Shown here piece after piece: positions 1 through 13,200 of a stretch of 64,000 nucleotides of DNA. The stretch lies in assembly GCA_030141605.1 (NCBI GenBank), contig JAQGDQ010002367.1, positions 558,001 to 622,000 on the forward strand. Reading direction: 5' to 3'. This DNA comes from Tubiluchus corallicola (taxonomy: Eukaryota; Animalia; Priapulida). A program made the position numbers and the translations under genes. Within the stretch, counting starts at the first letter, position 1, and every line of letters starts with the position of its first letter. The notes beneath the pieces are model-generated. The model was not told the origin of the DNA. It saw nothing but the letters and a program-made list of their open reading frames with translations, and did no database searches.

Positions 1-470
1 CGGGAGAATACCGATTGTAGAAAACCGTGGCTACTCCGCGAATTATAAATTGCTCTACTACACCCACTCCGGGTGATCTACCATTGCTAACACTAGTCAC
101 TCTACCCCCGGCACATTCCCGTTCTCTCAAAATAAGAGGTACAATTTTTGTGAAAAAGAAAGGGCGAAAATGGCCATTTTAGAGGTTTTTGACCCCCGTT
201 TCTCCTGGAGGCCATGACCACACTAGATCGAGAGCTTTCATAGATCACCGAGAATGGTGCAATTATTGGTGCAGATACCAGCAGGATCAATTATGTTAAA
301 CGTTGATCTTTGTGCGTAACTTAACGCAACGCATTAAAACAAGATGTTTCCAAAACACTTTTAGCCTTTGTTTTGTAAATCTTTGTATTTTTGTTGTAAT
401 TTTGCAAAAAGTTTACGTATGTATGTTATTGTAATGTATATGCCAATAAATAAATTCTATATTCTGGTTA

Positions 471-783
471 CTATGAAATACCAAAGTGGAATTTAATGCT
501 TATTTTTAAATGTTAATAAATCAATTTGGAATATTCATAATTCATTTTTTAATATTAATAAATCATTTACAAATAGCCAAAATTGTTTTATTAATATTAA
601 AAAATTATTTATGAATATGATTTAAGATTATTCATAATTGATTTATTAATATTAAAAATTTAGAGCGAATTATGAATATTCATCAACGATTTTTTTAATA
701 TATTATTCAAAATTGATTTATTAATATTTATAAATAATTTATTAATACTAAAAAGCATTAAATTCCACATTGGCGTCCCACAG
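471..783. mobile_element. AT-rich non-autonomous DNA element (MITE-like) with terminal inverted repeats
   Basis: Left ctatgaaataccaaagtggaatttaatgct and right agcattaaattccacattggcgtcccacag are inverted copies; gtta flanks both sides; internal ttaataaat-type subrepeats. Confidence 0.65.
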
Positions 784-874
784 GTTAGCAGTAACTTTCT
801 GCAGAATTCCTAACAGACCATTGACTGTTTTGATTCATATACAGGTGCAAGCCAACTTGCTCATTCGGTCGTTG

Positions 875-3613
875 TTAGAAACATTGAATAGCATTGAACA
901 CTGCTGGAGTAATTCGATCTGAATTAAGAATCCACGAGCGTATGGAAATGTAGTGCTACCTTTCTACTTGATGGAAAAGTAGTACCATATTTTAATTGGA
1001 TGGAAAAGAAATGTCACCTTTCAAGTCGATGCAGTTTTAAAATTTATCATGAAATTAACACAAATCCAATTCTTAAAGACAAGAATAGTGATAATTAACG
1101 AAAAAAGCCAATAGTTAAGAAAGAAAGAAAAGGGCGACATTTTAAGACATTGCCATGGTTTATAAAAGATAAAGATAAGATAAGATGTACTTTATTCTAG
1201 GTAAAAACCCATAATATCAAGACACACATACAATAAAAACTGCTACATATGTACAATAGTTACTACGTCACACACACATAACCACTTGAAAGTTATTTAC
1301 AGATAAAATACACGTACAAGATTAAAGATTTAAAATTAATAGATGTCTTTTTGTAACGGCTGCTGTAATCTAAAGAACTGAGCTCTTATGAGTCCGACAT
1401 TTAGCATCTTTGATGCGTGTGTAAAATAAATCTGGAAATATTATATTATAATAATTTTAAAGGTCTGATGGCACTTGAGAGATTGTTAGACAGTTCTGTA
1501 CTTAACAGACTTAAATTACTGCATATTTCTATACGTTCATCGTCATGACTGTCGTTGTGTCACAGTGATCTACAGCACAAGTAGTTTAGTAAATTGCAAA
1601 AGCGTTGTGCACATTACAAATGTAGCACATGATGGCCTTACAGTTTCTGTATACAGGACTACTGGCCTACTCACCGTATGATCGTAATAAACATTGTAAA
1701 GCGTTGTACAAGATATCCCCATTTACTGGAAACCGATTTCTAAAATCCACTTTATCTAACAAACAGAAGGCTTTTCCTGCGTGCAACACAAAAAACCAAA
1801 GTTTTAATCGAATACTTAATAAGAAAGTACTTATTAGTCTTTTCAGTTCGCTACCTAAATTAATACACTTTAACTTTGTCTTCAGCTTTACATCTTATTT
1901 TTACTAAAGTGTATTAATTTATGTAGCGAACTGAAAAGACTAATAAGCACTTTCTTAGGCGCTTAACAATAATTTACGTTAAAAGTGATACATAAGATTT
2001 ATAATTTAAACAGCTACATGACAACATATCACATATTTATACTAATAAGAATATGCAGGAGTACAATTGCTGACTTACACAAGTTTCATCCAAAAAGATC
2101 TATTTAACACACTATTAGCTATCAAAAATACAGAGACATGGGAAGTTTCTGGAGACAGGGCAGCGTGGTTGCATTAATATTACTACGCTACATCACTGAA
2201 AACAAATTTTTGCGTATTAATGGCATCTGTTGAAAATGCGCACGCCAGTTGATTTAACAGTTACGTCATCAGTTATCAGTGAATGTTTTAACTCACCATT
2301 TAATTGCGAATTTGATTTAATGTCAACGTTTAGTGAGTATTCTGAAGCACAATAATTTAGCCAAACAGCAACGTCTTCTTTCGACCATTCCATTGGATGA
2401 AGCTGAAACACTGAGGACACCAACATGATGCAAACTTTGCACAAAAATAGTGAATGTTTTTATCGTACTGAATTTGTTCTGAATAACCATTTAACGTATC
2501 GTGATCGGTAATAACACTGTATTCAACATTGTTGCACTTATTCGCAATGATAATTTTCCTGCTACCAGCAGACACATAATACTTGCAGGCTGGGCGTGAG
2601 GCGGGAGGTTTCTACACCAATTTGGGGGAATGACAGATTCATTCCCTCAATTTCATATGCAAATTGGACAATACTTGCTTATAATAAGTCGCTTATTACA
2701 TTGTATTACAATTATTTCTTGCTGTTTCTGTAGCCCTCGAGCAAAAAGGTATTACCATCATGTTTTTACAATGTTGTATATAAATTTTGTGAAATATTAG
2801 ACAAATCATTTCAGACATGCATAGTATTTATAGTTAAAGGACTGAAAGAGAAAAAGATTAATTAAATTACAACATTAATTTCATTTTTCAAGTAACTTGA
2901 CGAAAACTAAAATCTCTCAAATCTTCATGTCAACACCTTTTTGTGCGGCTGACTTTCAACCAATGTTGTATGAACTGCTAACAAAATCCTCAGCAAATCT
3001 TGCAAAATTTCTTTGTCAATTATTGATTTTTGTTAGCGCATATACAAGACAGTGCAATTTTACTCACTAAAAGTATATGCCATTTGCACATTGTTTCGTT
3101 GTTCGAAAGACAAGCGACAAATTCAAGAGTTTTACTCAATGGAAAAGGTTAGCAGCTAAAATAAAAAATGCCTAATAAGAATGGCGCGTTTAGGGTATTC
3201 AATGAATGAGACTTTGAGACTCCTCAGTCATAAGATTTGATTTCTAATAACTACTATTGCACGTAAGTAGTAATTATATTATACTGAGCTGCTAATTAGG
3301 AACTGTGGTTGCTTGCCTTAAGTACAGTACTTGCATTAAATTTTGCATATTTTTTCAGGTTGACGAGGCAATCATTGTCGTCGTTGCATCACTTTCATTA
3401 AGCGCTACTGATAGAAAAAATGCATAATAGTTTATAATGACATTACCAATTGAGCTAACTATTAATTAACCATTGAGGCACACAGTCCTATGTTTTGTTT
3501 CAGCTTAAATTTTGTCCATCAATTCTTCTAGAATCAACATTACAAGAACGAATAAAACATGGCTTCATTTACTCACCTGAGGAAAACCTTGTGTTACAAA
3601 TTACGTCGTCCAT
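875..3613 (-). CDS. SAM-PNT (pointed) domain protein, TEL/ETV6/Yan-like; exons 3577-3613, 2297-2410, 1675-1776 and candidate terminal exon 875-918 (98 aa)
   Basis: GT-AG, phase-1-compatible exons translate to MDDVICNTRFSSVFQLHPMEWSKEDVAVWLNYCASEYSLNVDIKSNSQLNGKAFCLLDKVDFRNRFPVNGDILYNALQCLLRSY-DRITPAVFNAIQCF*. This matches the TEL/Yan PNT pattern (PxxWSxxDVxxWL..EFSL..NGKALxLL..DF..R.P..GDVLY..LQ). The two PNT exons are solid; the first and last exons are less certain. Confidence 0.8.
1820..1957. repeat. Fold-back with ~53-bp near-perfect arms in an intron of the PNT gene
   Basis: taagaaagtacttattagtcttttcagttcgctacctaaattaatacacttta is reverse-complementary (2 mismatches) to taaagtgtattaatttatgtagcgaactgaaaagactaataagcactttctta. 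Confidence 0.85.
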
Positions 3614-4571
3614 TGTCTCTGCTTTTTTCCAAAACGACAGAGGAAAATAAAAAGCGTGATCTCTTGAGTAAGAATCAGATGAGATCCACGTTTGTGGATT
3701 ATACAACGTCTGGTGCATGTTTAATTCCATAATTTAAGTTTATAATATCTAAATTGTAGTTTTGTTAAACATTTCAACCATAAACGTTAACGCATAATGA
3801 ATGCGTCTAATTACGAGCGTCACTCGGTGTTTTATAACTAAATAGTTTGTTCCTTGTTGACTTAAGCATAAATATAGTAGTCCGCGATTTACCACTAGCG
3901 TACACATCTCACCTGTTTCATTTCTATAAAAACATAGGAGAGAAGTGTAGCTCACCAAGAACAAAAATAAGCACATTCCAAAAAATCTAGATTCGCAAAC
4001 GATTAATAGAGATTTGCCAAATCTATCATTACTTTTTTATATATAAAAACGATGATGTTGATATGTCGAGTTTCTCTTTTAAAGAACACCTTCTCCAGCC
4101 TGGATCCGGAGTAGCTGTAGTTTGTTCAAATATGCGCTTAATAAGAATTGTACTCGATAGGTAGGAAGTTGAAAACGTCACGGTAAAAGATATAAGGCTT
4201 TTTTGCTTTTACTTTTCATTTTGGTTCCAACCCTAGTCCTTGCAAGAAAATTTTTCTTAGTTTTTTTTTATTGGTTGCACTTACTTTTCCTAAAGGGCAT
4301 ATTCAGAATCAATGAAAGAAACGAATAAAATCACATTCACATAATTCACATATTGGCAAGTTGAAAGTCACGTGACTTTTGTTACAAAGTAACATTCTGT
4401 AACTTATTGTAGATTTTAATTTGTGCTGTCTTTCAGTCTTTTAAAACCATTTTTTAACAATAATATCGTTAAAAGTGTTTTGGGTTAAAATGAAATGCTA
4501 ATTAAAAAATGTCGTCTGATAAAGTGTTTAATAGGGAACAGGCAACAATTTTTTATTAGTAATAAGAATTT

Positions 4572-4745
4572 TACAGAGCCCGTAAGGCGACAATATAAAT
4601 TTTTCTGAAAAAATTTTACGAGCAAACGCAAACCTTTTGCGTTCCTTCGCAAAGTATTGCGATCACTCGCAAAGTTTCGCATTTCCTCGCAAACCTTTTC
4701 CATTACCACGCAAAATTTTGCGTTTTGTCGAAAAGGTCTTCGGTG
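4572..4745. repeat. Short tandem array of ~19-20-bp palindromic units (cgcaaa..tttgcg), probably the interior of a DNA element
   Basis: Repeated cgcaaaccttttgcg, cgcaaagtattgcg, cgcaaagtttcgc, cgcaaaattttgcg. Confidence 0.55.
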
Positions 4746-5492
4746 ATTGTAAGCTGTGGAATGAAAACGAAAACGAAATATTTTGAGTAAAATTTGATTA
4801 TCCAAGCGGCAAGAAGAACTCAATTTTTTGTACACATGCATAGGCCTATAAAAAAGGTATGCCTAATATTATACTTAATTTTAACTTAAGGATGTACTGG
4901 CAGTGTGCGTGTACGTTATTTAAACCCAATACTGATATAAATTTCGGAATCTGAAAGTAACACTACTCTCGTTCTTCGCCTCAAACAAGATTAAAATTGC
5001 GTTATCATGTGCGAATTAATTGTTAGGAAATACATGACTGTAGTTACGAATGAGCATTGATGTGGGCAGGTCAGATTCTTCAAGAATCTATGAGTTGCGT
5101 GGCTGGTATGTCAAAAATTAAAAAATGGACAAAAAATGTGAAGAATTGTATTTCATTTTGTAATCAAGTAAGACTAGCAAACAACAGGAAGAGTAGCAGC
5201 AGCACAGGGCTGTCGGTAGAAAGAATCCCAGATTCTGGCTCATAGAATTTTGGAACGTCTGATTCCAACTCCGTCTCCTGCCTCGAAATAGTAATTTATA
5301 ATATTACGATTCTTCAACAGTCTTCGATATCTTTCTCAGTGTAGAATATCATCATTATTTCATAGCCAAATTAATTATCAAGCTACTTTCAAATTTAAAA
5401 TATGAACATCAAATTAAGTTTAACTCACTGTAAGAACTCTATAAGCTACAACTTGACAAACATCTACAAATCTTTTTTCATATTCATGTGGC

Positions 5493-5670
5493 GGCTAAAG
5501 TTTACAATTCCCTCACACAAGAAATTAGTTCCAAAAGCGGATTAGGATTAACGTTAGGATTAGGATTAGGGTTAGGTTTAGGGATGGGGTCAGGGTTGGG
5601 TTAGGGTTAAGATTAGGGCTAGGTTAGGGTTAAGGTATTTAAATTGTGTGGAGAATTATAAACTCCTTCC
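5493..5670. mobile_element. Inverted-repeat element carrying degenerate (TTAGGG)n; related copies at ~42609-42717 and ~54608-54680
   Basis: Arms aagtttacaattcc..cacacaa and ttgtgtggagaattataaact enclose telomere-like repeats; catgtggc flanks both ends (possible 8-bp TSD). The same arm recurs at two other loci. Confidence 0.65.
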
Positions 5671-7267
5671 CATGTGGCATAATAGGTAATGAGAATTTTA
5701 GCTTAGGGTAAGCTTTCGGTAAGGCTTTTTAGCTTAGGGCTTAGCTAAACAAAAATGAAATAGGAAATTTAAATTGCATGCTTATTAGCAGTGGCTCAAA
5801 CTGTTCGGTCTAATTTATATACTTATTATAGTCCTAACAGCAAGGATTTCATGAAATGTTGTTTTTCTTTTTGAAGTGTTTATTAAGAATCAACTAACAA
5901 CGTAGCATCTAAAAAAAGAATTTCATGAAACTGTTTCCACTGAAAACCAAAACCTCTATTCATGCTGGGTGCGAATCTGCTACGTATCTGGTAACATCCA
6001 TTTTGAAATGCAATTAGAAATTTTTGTTAGTAAGTAAAATTAAACTTATAAATGCATAAGGAAACATTTCAAAATAGCATACTTTTTATTTATATAATAA
6101 TTATACATTGATGCAGGCATTTGCACTATGTAGATGGTACGCAAAAACTATTAAATTTTACCAGGTTTACACAAAAGTAACAACAAAACGACAACACGCT
6201 TAACACAGATTATCACAGCAGTAGCGCAGATGTGCTAACACTCTGAAGCTTTGCACATTACAATTAAAATTGAGCATTTAGATTCTAATGAAAATTCCTG
6301 TATAGAGTTTTCACTGTCTCTCTTACTATTCCAGTTCGTAACATATAATAATAGATAAATATGTACATATAACTACATAATAACTTACAACTAATTAAGG
6401 CGAACTACTTAATTACTACCGTGACGGACTTCAGAAGATGTCTACTTAACTGCAAACTTCGTTTTTCTTGTTTGTTTTTTTCATTTATATATTTTTCTTA
6501 ATATATAGTGATAGGTCTATCACCCAGACAAAATTGACATTGATAGGTCATAACAATGTCGATCTGTAACTTAATAATTGGCACATTTTGAAATTTTTGA
6601 AATGACCACACTGCATGTGCGAGCATTAAAAATGACTTTCAAAGCTTTAGAACTTGAACTTTTTAAAAAATATATTGTAGTCTTACAAAAGCACAAAGGT
6701 TAGATCTACGCAAAGCATTCGGGTTGTTATTATAGGCTTTAAAAGTACTGATTAGTGGTTACTACCGTATAACTTCTTATCTAACACAGTTTTCTGACAG
6801 ATTTACTGAAGCTCACAATAATGAAACCTATTTTGCTTATTATTTGTCCGTACAAAATACACGTGATAAAAGCTAAATTTATTTTAGTTACAAACCCCCG
6901 TAGAAAATCGTGAAAATGTTAAATATAACTAACGCGGCAATATAAACAACAAAGTTTATAGAATATCAAATTGCAAATGTCCCAAATTTGTCTATTGAAA
7001 GTGCGTTGCACTGTGAACTATCAGATAAAATTACACAAACTTTGGTTTAGATTTGTCAGTACTGGTAAGAATGTTAATTAGTTATAGCGCACATAACAAT
7101 AATTAATTATTATTAAAAATTTTAAGTTGCAGAAATTTATTTTATTGATCGATTCAAATTTCTGGGTTTTGATAAATTTAATTTACTTAATTCCCAAGAC
7201 GGCATACCTTGTTTTCTATTCTCATTGACTTGTGAGCAAAGATTTCTGGCATTTTGATTTTGAGCTC

Positions 7268-10200
7268 TTAGTTTCCTCTAAAACTGAAGTTATCGGTACT
7301 GTCAGTGCGTTTGGTCTGGCGCGACCTGGCATGAATCACACCAGCTACAATAATGGTCAAGAACAGCAACGCCACGATGCCACTGATTCCAGCAATGAAA
7401 GTGATACGTGGTACGCATGCACTGCCAATGGTTGTTGTCTGATCACTGGATACACGACGGATGGCCCCTGATTCTTCTGCATCAAAGGAAAATTAAAATA
7501 CATTAGATAATATCACACAAAAGTAAACAGTCATTCTGCTTCAGCTGCAGACGCCTTCATACCAGATGTAAAGTCAGCAAATATTTGTTTGCTAACCCTT
7601 AAATGTGGGCCTACACGTGATGTACTGCTTTTCATGCAGTGTCACTGACCTAACTTAGTGCGCGAATATTAATAATGAAATATTCTTAATGAATCATGTC
7701 TCATTTCATCTTTAATGTTTCCTGAATATGTTTGTAAATAAAAGCTTCAGACACAGAACGATTGCATGGAACATATTCACAATATTAAAACATAATATCA
7801 GAACATTTCAACACCTGTCTTGTGTGATCATCAGTAGAATGCCGAACGTTCAAAGTGTGGAGTTAGTCAAATCAGAAAGTCACACTTTGTTCAAATGTCA
7901 CAACATTATGCGGAAGTAATTACAGTCAGTATCACAATACTTTATGTACTAAGATGAAGCTGGGCAGAGCTGAATGGCGAAGCATAATACGAAATTAAAA
8001 TATTTAAGTGAAGTGAGTTAACGGGATAGAACTGCTCACGATTAAAACCAGGTTTATGTTCATTTTAAAGTCCTTTTATTTAATTCCATCCGTATTTTAA
8101 AATTTTTCAATTTGTATTGTGTTCTTTCATTGCATCTCCTCCCAGATGCGTCCTACTGCATACATCATCATCTTAGGTTAGGCGCTTCCGTTATGCAATA
8201 TTGCATCATTCATAATGTGATGTGATGTCTCCGCTCTGCTGCCTCATGCCAAGTATCTACGTTGTTTAAGTCAAGTGGAGTACTTAATGAATCTTTCTTC
8301 AGAACATTTAAATATGCTATCAGCTGTCGTCCTCTTCCCAGGCATTAGTGCTTGATGTAATGCTGTAGTAAGTGGAGAATCCTATGGTAATCTAATGACA
8401 TGTCCAATCCACCAAAGCCGACATTTCTGAATGACCTCAATCCAATCCTTGTTCTTTGTTATATGATATGGATCCTGATCTAAGATTTTCTTTGGTCATT
8501 TTATACTCAACATCTTTCTGTGCCGGCGTCCTTGGAAGGCATTGATTTCATTCATTGAAGGCAATTCAGAATGGTACAAGAATACAAAGTTCTACAAGCA
8601 ATGATAGAATGTGTAGTTTTTTCTGTGGTAAGATTCGAAAAAGTTTCAAATGATTCAAAAATTCAAAAAATGTTGTGAGCTTAGAATATGCAGCCAAGCC
8701 TGATATTTTTTGCGTGCTTTGCGTGCTATATCAGCTTCAGCGCCTGCTAAAACTACATATACAACCAGTTCACACAGCACATACTGAATCTCTGTGAACT
8801 GCAATTACTTATGTATAATGATTATGGCAGTTCATCCACTTTATTACTTCCTGTTTTGCCAACAACGCCTTTTGAACACTTTCAACTGAGGATGACACAA
8901 GACAGGTGTTGAAACATTTTGCGATTTTCTTCTAATAATATGGATATGTCCTATAGAATCCATCTATGTCTGAAATTTTTCAAAGTTAAATCTGTTGATG
9001 TTCACAATCACTGGCCAGCAGTTGGGCTTTTGTGCTTAACATACCATCATATATAATTGTCTCAGCTCCGGGTACCATGACAGTTATGCTTTCACTCATT
9101 AATTCATCACCCACGGATTCGCCAGGTTTGATCTCATTGCCTTCAGGATCACGTATCAAGCGATCACTTGACGTCATTTCACTTGTATCACGCTTCCTCC
9201 TTCTTGCGTCACATTCAGTCTGAAATAATGACATCATTAAAAATATCCGGAAAAGATGCTTGTCTAGCTTTATATTTTAGTGCAGGTGAATGTTAGTATT
9301 TGCTAATGAAGGATAATCGATCAAAAGTGATCTAATGTATTCACAATGACTATCAACAGATGGCGCAAGTTACTATGTTGCCTATATTTAAGGCGTAGTA
9401 ACTTCGTGTTAATATATGTAACCGTCGAGCTATTTTTCTTTGTTTTATTTCATTTTGTATTATTTTAGTCTAACACCTATTCATTGTTGCCGTTATTAAC
9501 TTTACTATAACAGGAAAAAAAGAGCCGCATATAAATGCCTAACTAGTTTCTGCATGGAAAAAAGTTCTTGGTGTTTGATCAGTTTTTTAGTTTAGCTACA
9601 TCTAGTGATTACAAGAAGTAACGATTCGCTTAAAATGTATGTTAGGCGATCTGCTAAAAACATTTGTTCATTCTTGTTTAATAATGCTGCTCCGGTTTGG
9701 AATAGTTTACAAGAAATTGCAAATGATGCACCATTGATAAAAGCTCGAAATGCAAACCTTTTTAAACGGTGATTAAATTATGTCAATCCTAAAATGCTTT
9801 CTTAATATTTTCTAAAGAAGCGCTTGCTCTTTATGTCTCCCCTAAACCGCCCCTCACTATTGTGTTGCTTCTTATGTGCATATGAATGTATTGCATGTTC
9901 TTATATAATGTATATGGTGTATGTATATGTATGTGTCTTAATGTATATTGTTTATTTTTTATTTGGTGTATAATAAGCTTAATACTTGCAATATCTAAAT
10001 CTTATTAGGGTGATTATATTGTTTGTTTTAATGGAAATGACATTTTAAAAGCCTGATTTTCAGCTGTCTCTGTTGATAATAAGATTTAAAATTTAGCGCC
10101 TTAAAATTTTGTCAAAATTAAGAATATTGCTACAGGCCCAAAATGTGTACTTACAGGATAACAATGATCAAAGCACACTCTACACTGACATGAGAAGTAG

Positions 10201-13200
10201 ACATTTGTCACATCCGGGAACTTGAATGCTTTAAAATGCGCAAACATGTAAGTGTTGCCACGGCTGATTCCTGTTGATCGCTGGGAATGTCCAATGACTT
10301 TCTTGTGAGCTGGACAACTGCAAAAATAACAAGAAAATGATCAGAAGGCATTTTCTTTAATGATAATGCTTGTGGCGATGTTGTTAGTGCTGCTGCAGAT
10401 GATAAAACGCTGAATCACAACAGGAGCAACAACAACAACAACAACAACAACAGGTACCAGCTTATTAACTAAACTGTTAATGATGATAACAAGCTTTGCA
10501 GTGTTAATTTAATTGTTCCACATTGAAGTTTTTACCCATCTTCGTCAATAAGTTCGAGTCTAGACATTCCCATGCCATCATGAGCGTAACAGTCAAATAC
10601 AGAAAGATCAAATATTCCACCTGCAAAATAACACCAACAGACTAAGTAAGTATCTCTGCGAAGACTCTCGATTACACTATCAGAACGAAAAATAGCCTGA
10701 GAAATCACACAATAAGAAATGACATAAGACAATATTTCAGACCACAAGTGTAACACCGTTCTCCGGATAAAAATGAAAAAATTAAGAATGTTCCAAACGG
10801 CCCCTAAAATAACTATTTTTGTTAATAGTTTAAGAAATCTATTTTCTTAGTTGCATCAATCATTTGTGTCTGTTTTCTATTTTAAGACTGACTTGATATC
10901 TAGTCCGAGAAATTTACACAGACAGGCCTAATGCTGCAAGGACAAAGCATCTGTACTCCTCAAAAAAGATAATAATTTACCTTTTCTTTCGTAAATATAA
11001 TTTAACCGCTTTACACTCGTTATAAATTTGTTATTCGTACCCTGGTTGTCAATCCAAAAAGCCATGGTTGCAATTTGTCCAAGATTGAGGACAGAAACGC
11101 CAGCAATGACAGGATTTCTTCCTTCCACAATTTTCATGTTACAGGAGCTGAATCTTATGGGTGTGGAAGTTACTTGGTTTGCGTCTACATCTCTGAAATT
11201 AAAATAGTGCATGAAATATCATTTTAAGTTTATTTGAGTCGTAAGTATGCCACTGTGCTAACATGCACTTCGCACGGAACACATAAGGCACTATAAAGAT
11301 TTTCACATTTACATGATTTATATTTTACAGAATACTTTGACACATTTGCTACTTACGGTACTTGAAGATTGTAGTTCAAGCTCTCAACCTGCGTTCCACC
11401 AAATCTACATGAAACTTCATAAGCCCTGTCACCCATCTCCAATATTCCCCAAGCGAATTCACTCATTACGATGATTGTGTTGTTAAAATACGTTCGTGCA
11501 TCGTAACCTTCTCCCTAGGAAACAAGGCAGTTTCGAAGTCTAGCGAGAATTATTGCAACATTATAAATGAATTAAGTAGTTTTTAACTGTAATTGAATGG
11601 TTTTATTTAATTCGTCGGTGACACAAGTTCTTGCAGCTTTTTAAAATGGACGTAAAATAAATGTTTATCTTATCTTATCTTGTCTTATCTTGTCTTGTCT
11701 CGTCTCGTCTCGTCTCGTCTCGTCTCGTCTCGTCTCGTCTCGTCTCGTCTCGTCTTATCGTGTCGTGGTGGCGTGTCGTGTCGTGCCGTGCCGTGCCGTG
11801 CCGTGCCGTGCCGTGCCGTGCCGTGCCTTTTCTTTAACCACAACCAATTCTTTTCTTTAACTACAACCTTCTGTTGGAAACAGGTTAAATAACAATAAGG
11901 AATGTTAAAGTGTTGCACAGTGACAGCACTACAATAAGAAAGAAAACAGAGAATGGAAAGTGAAACATAATTTTTATAATTTTTGATAAAAGTCGTCGAT
12001 TCACCTACAGTATTGTTAGTGAGAATTACGTTAACTATTTTTAATGATTTTGCATGGTTTTCACTTCGATTCAAATTAACTAAAATAGCTAAATTAACTA
12101 AATTCAAAGTAGCTTACAATGAACACTATACATAGACCTAACTTTTTCGTTTGCACGAATGTATGCACATATGATATTAGAAGATCTGCTACCATATTAA
12201 TTATAGGTTGATTTTAATGTAAGGTACAATGCTGGTGGTCTCGTTATGGTTAATTCGGGTAGTTTTCTTATAAATCACCGAGGGAACTATTGTTTTAGTA
12301 ATTTTACATGACTAAGGGACCCGGAATAAAAAATTCCTTAAAGCTTTAACCTGTTTAACCAAGTTTATTTATTTTTAAGACACGGTAATATTTAATAGGT
12401 TTTCTTTATGCCTCTTATAGTATTTCCTTACATTTTGTGTGTGGTTTTCATAACGGGAATAAACTAATGAATTGATTATTTAATCCCAGGATACTTAATT
12501 AAACTTACGCTTCTGTCGGTGATGGTTCCACAACCATCTAAAGGCAAATCAACGGCCAACCGTCTCTGATTTCGGGCGGCAACGGTGCGGCAACCATCTG
12601 ATTTATACTGGCCTTTAGCGTAGACCGCTCCTTCAAAGTTCCTCTCAAACGTGATGTCTACTGTCATGACATTATCGTCAAGCTTACAGAAAACCGCAAT
12701 GTCTACAAGCGAAACAAATAGAATAATCATAATGTCTAGATTGATTTACTGAATTTTAGTACAAAACTTTGAAAGAAAAGAAATATGAAAGGTTGGAATA
12801 AAGATTTGAACCAGGGACCTTCTGCTTAGTGATCTAAGGTGTCTGCCTTGTAAATAGAAGGCCCCTGTTTTAAACCCAACTTTTTCACATTTCCTGCCTT
12901 TCAAGTTTGATATTAAAATTTAATTAATTGTATACAACAAATTTGTATACAACAAAAAACATCAGTTAAACAAGCAGTTTGGTTAAGGAAACTATACGAA
13001 TGACAGCCAAAAAATAAAGTTTGTCGCCTCTTTCAGTTCTGTCTTCTTTATTCTACTATATTTTTAATTTCCAATAATCCGCAAAAATATTTGTTCCTAA
13101 TTTCGTGTTTGGTAACTTTCAGCATTTTACTGAAATAAATCATGTCTCATTCATGGAGACAATCCGAGAAGCTGGAAATTCAATAAAACACTTACCTAAA

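Noticed and set aside
5540-5635. TTAGGG repeats as a true telomere
   Set aside because: Short, degenerate, internal and enclosed by inverted repeats.
11680-12107. ORFs with SRLV / ARHGT / RDETR repeats
   Set aside because: Translation of a pentanucleotide microsatellite in a ZP intron.
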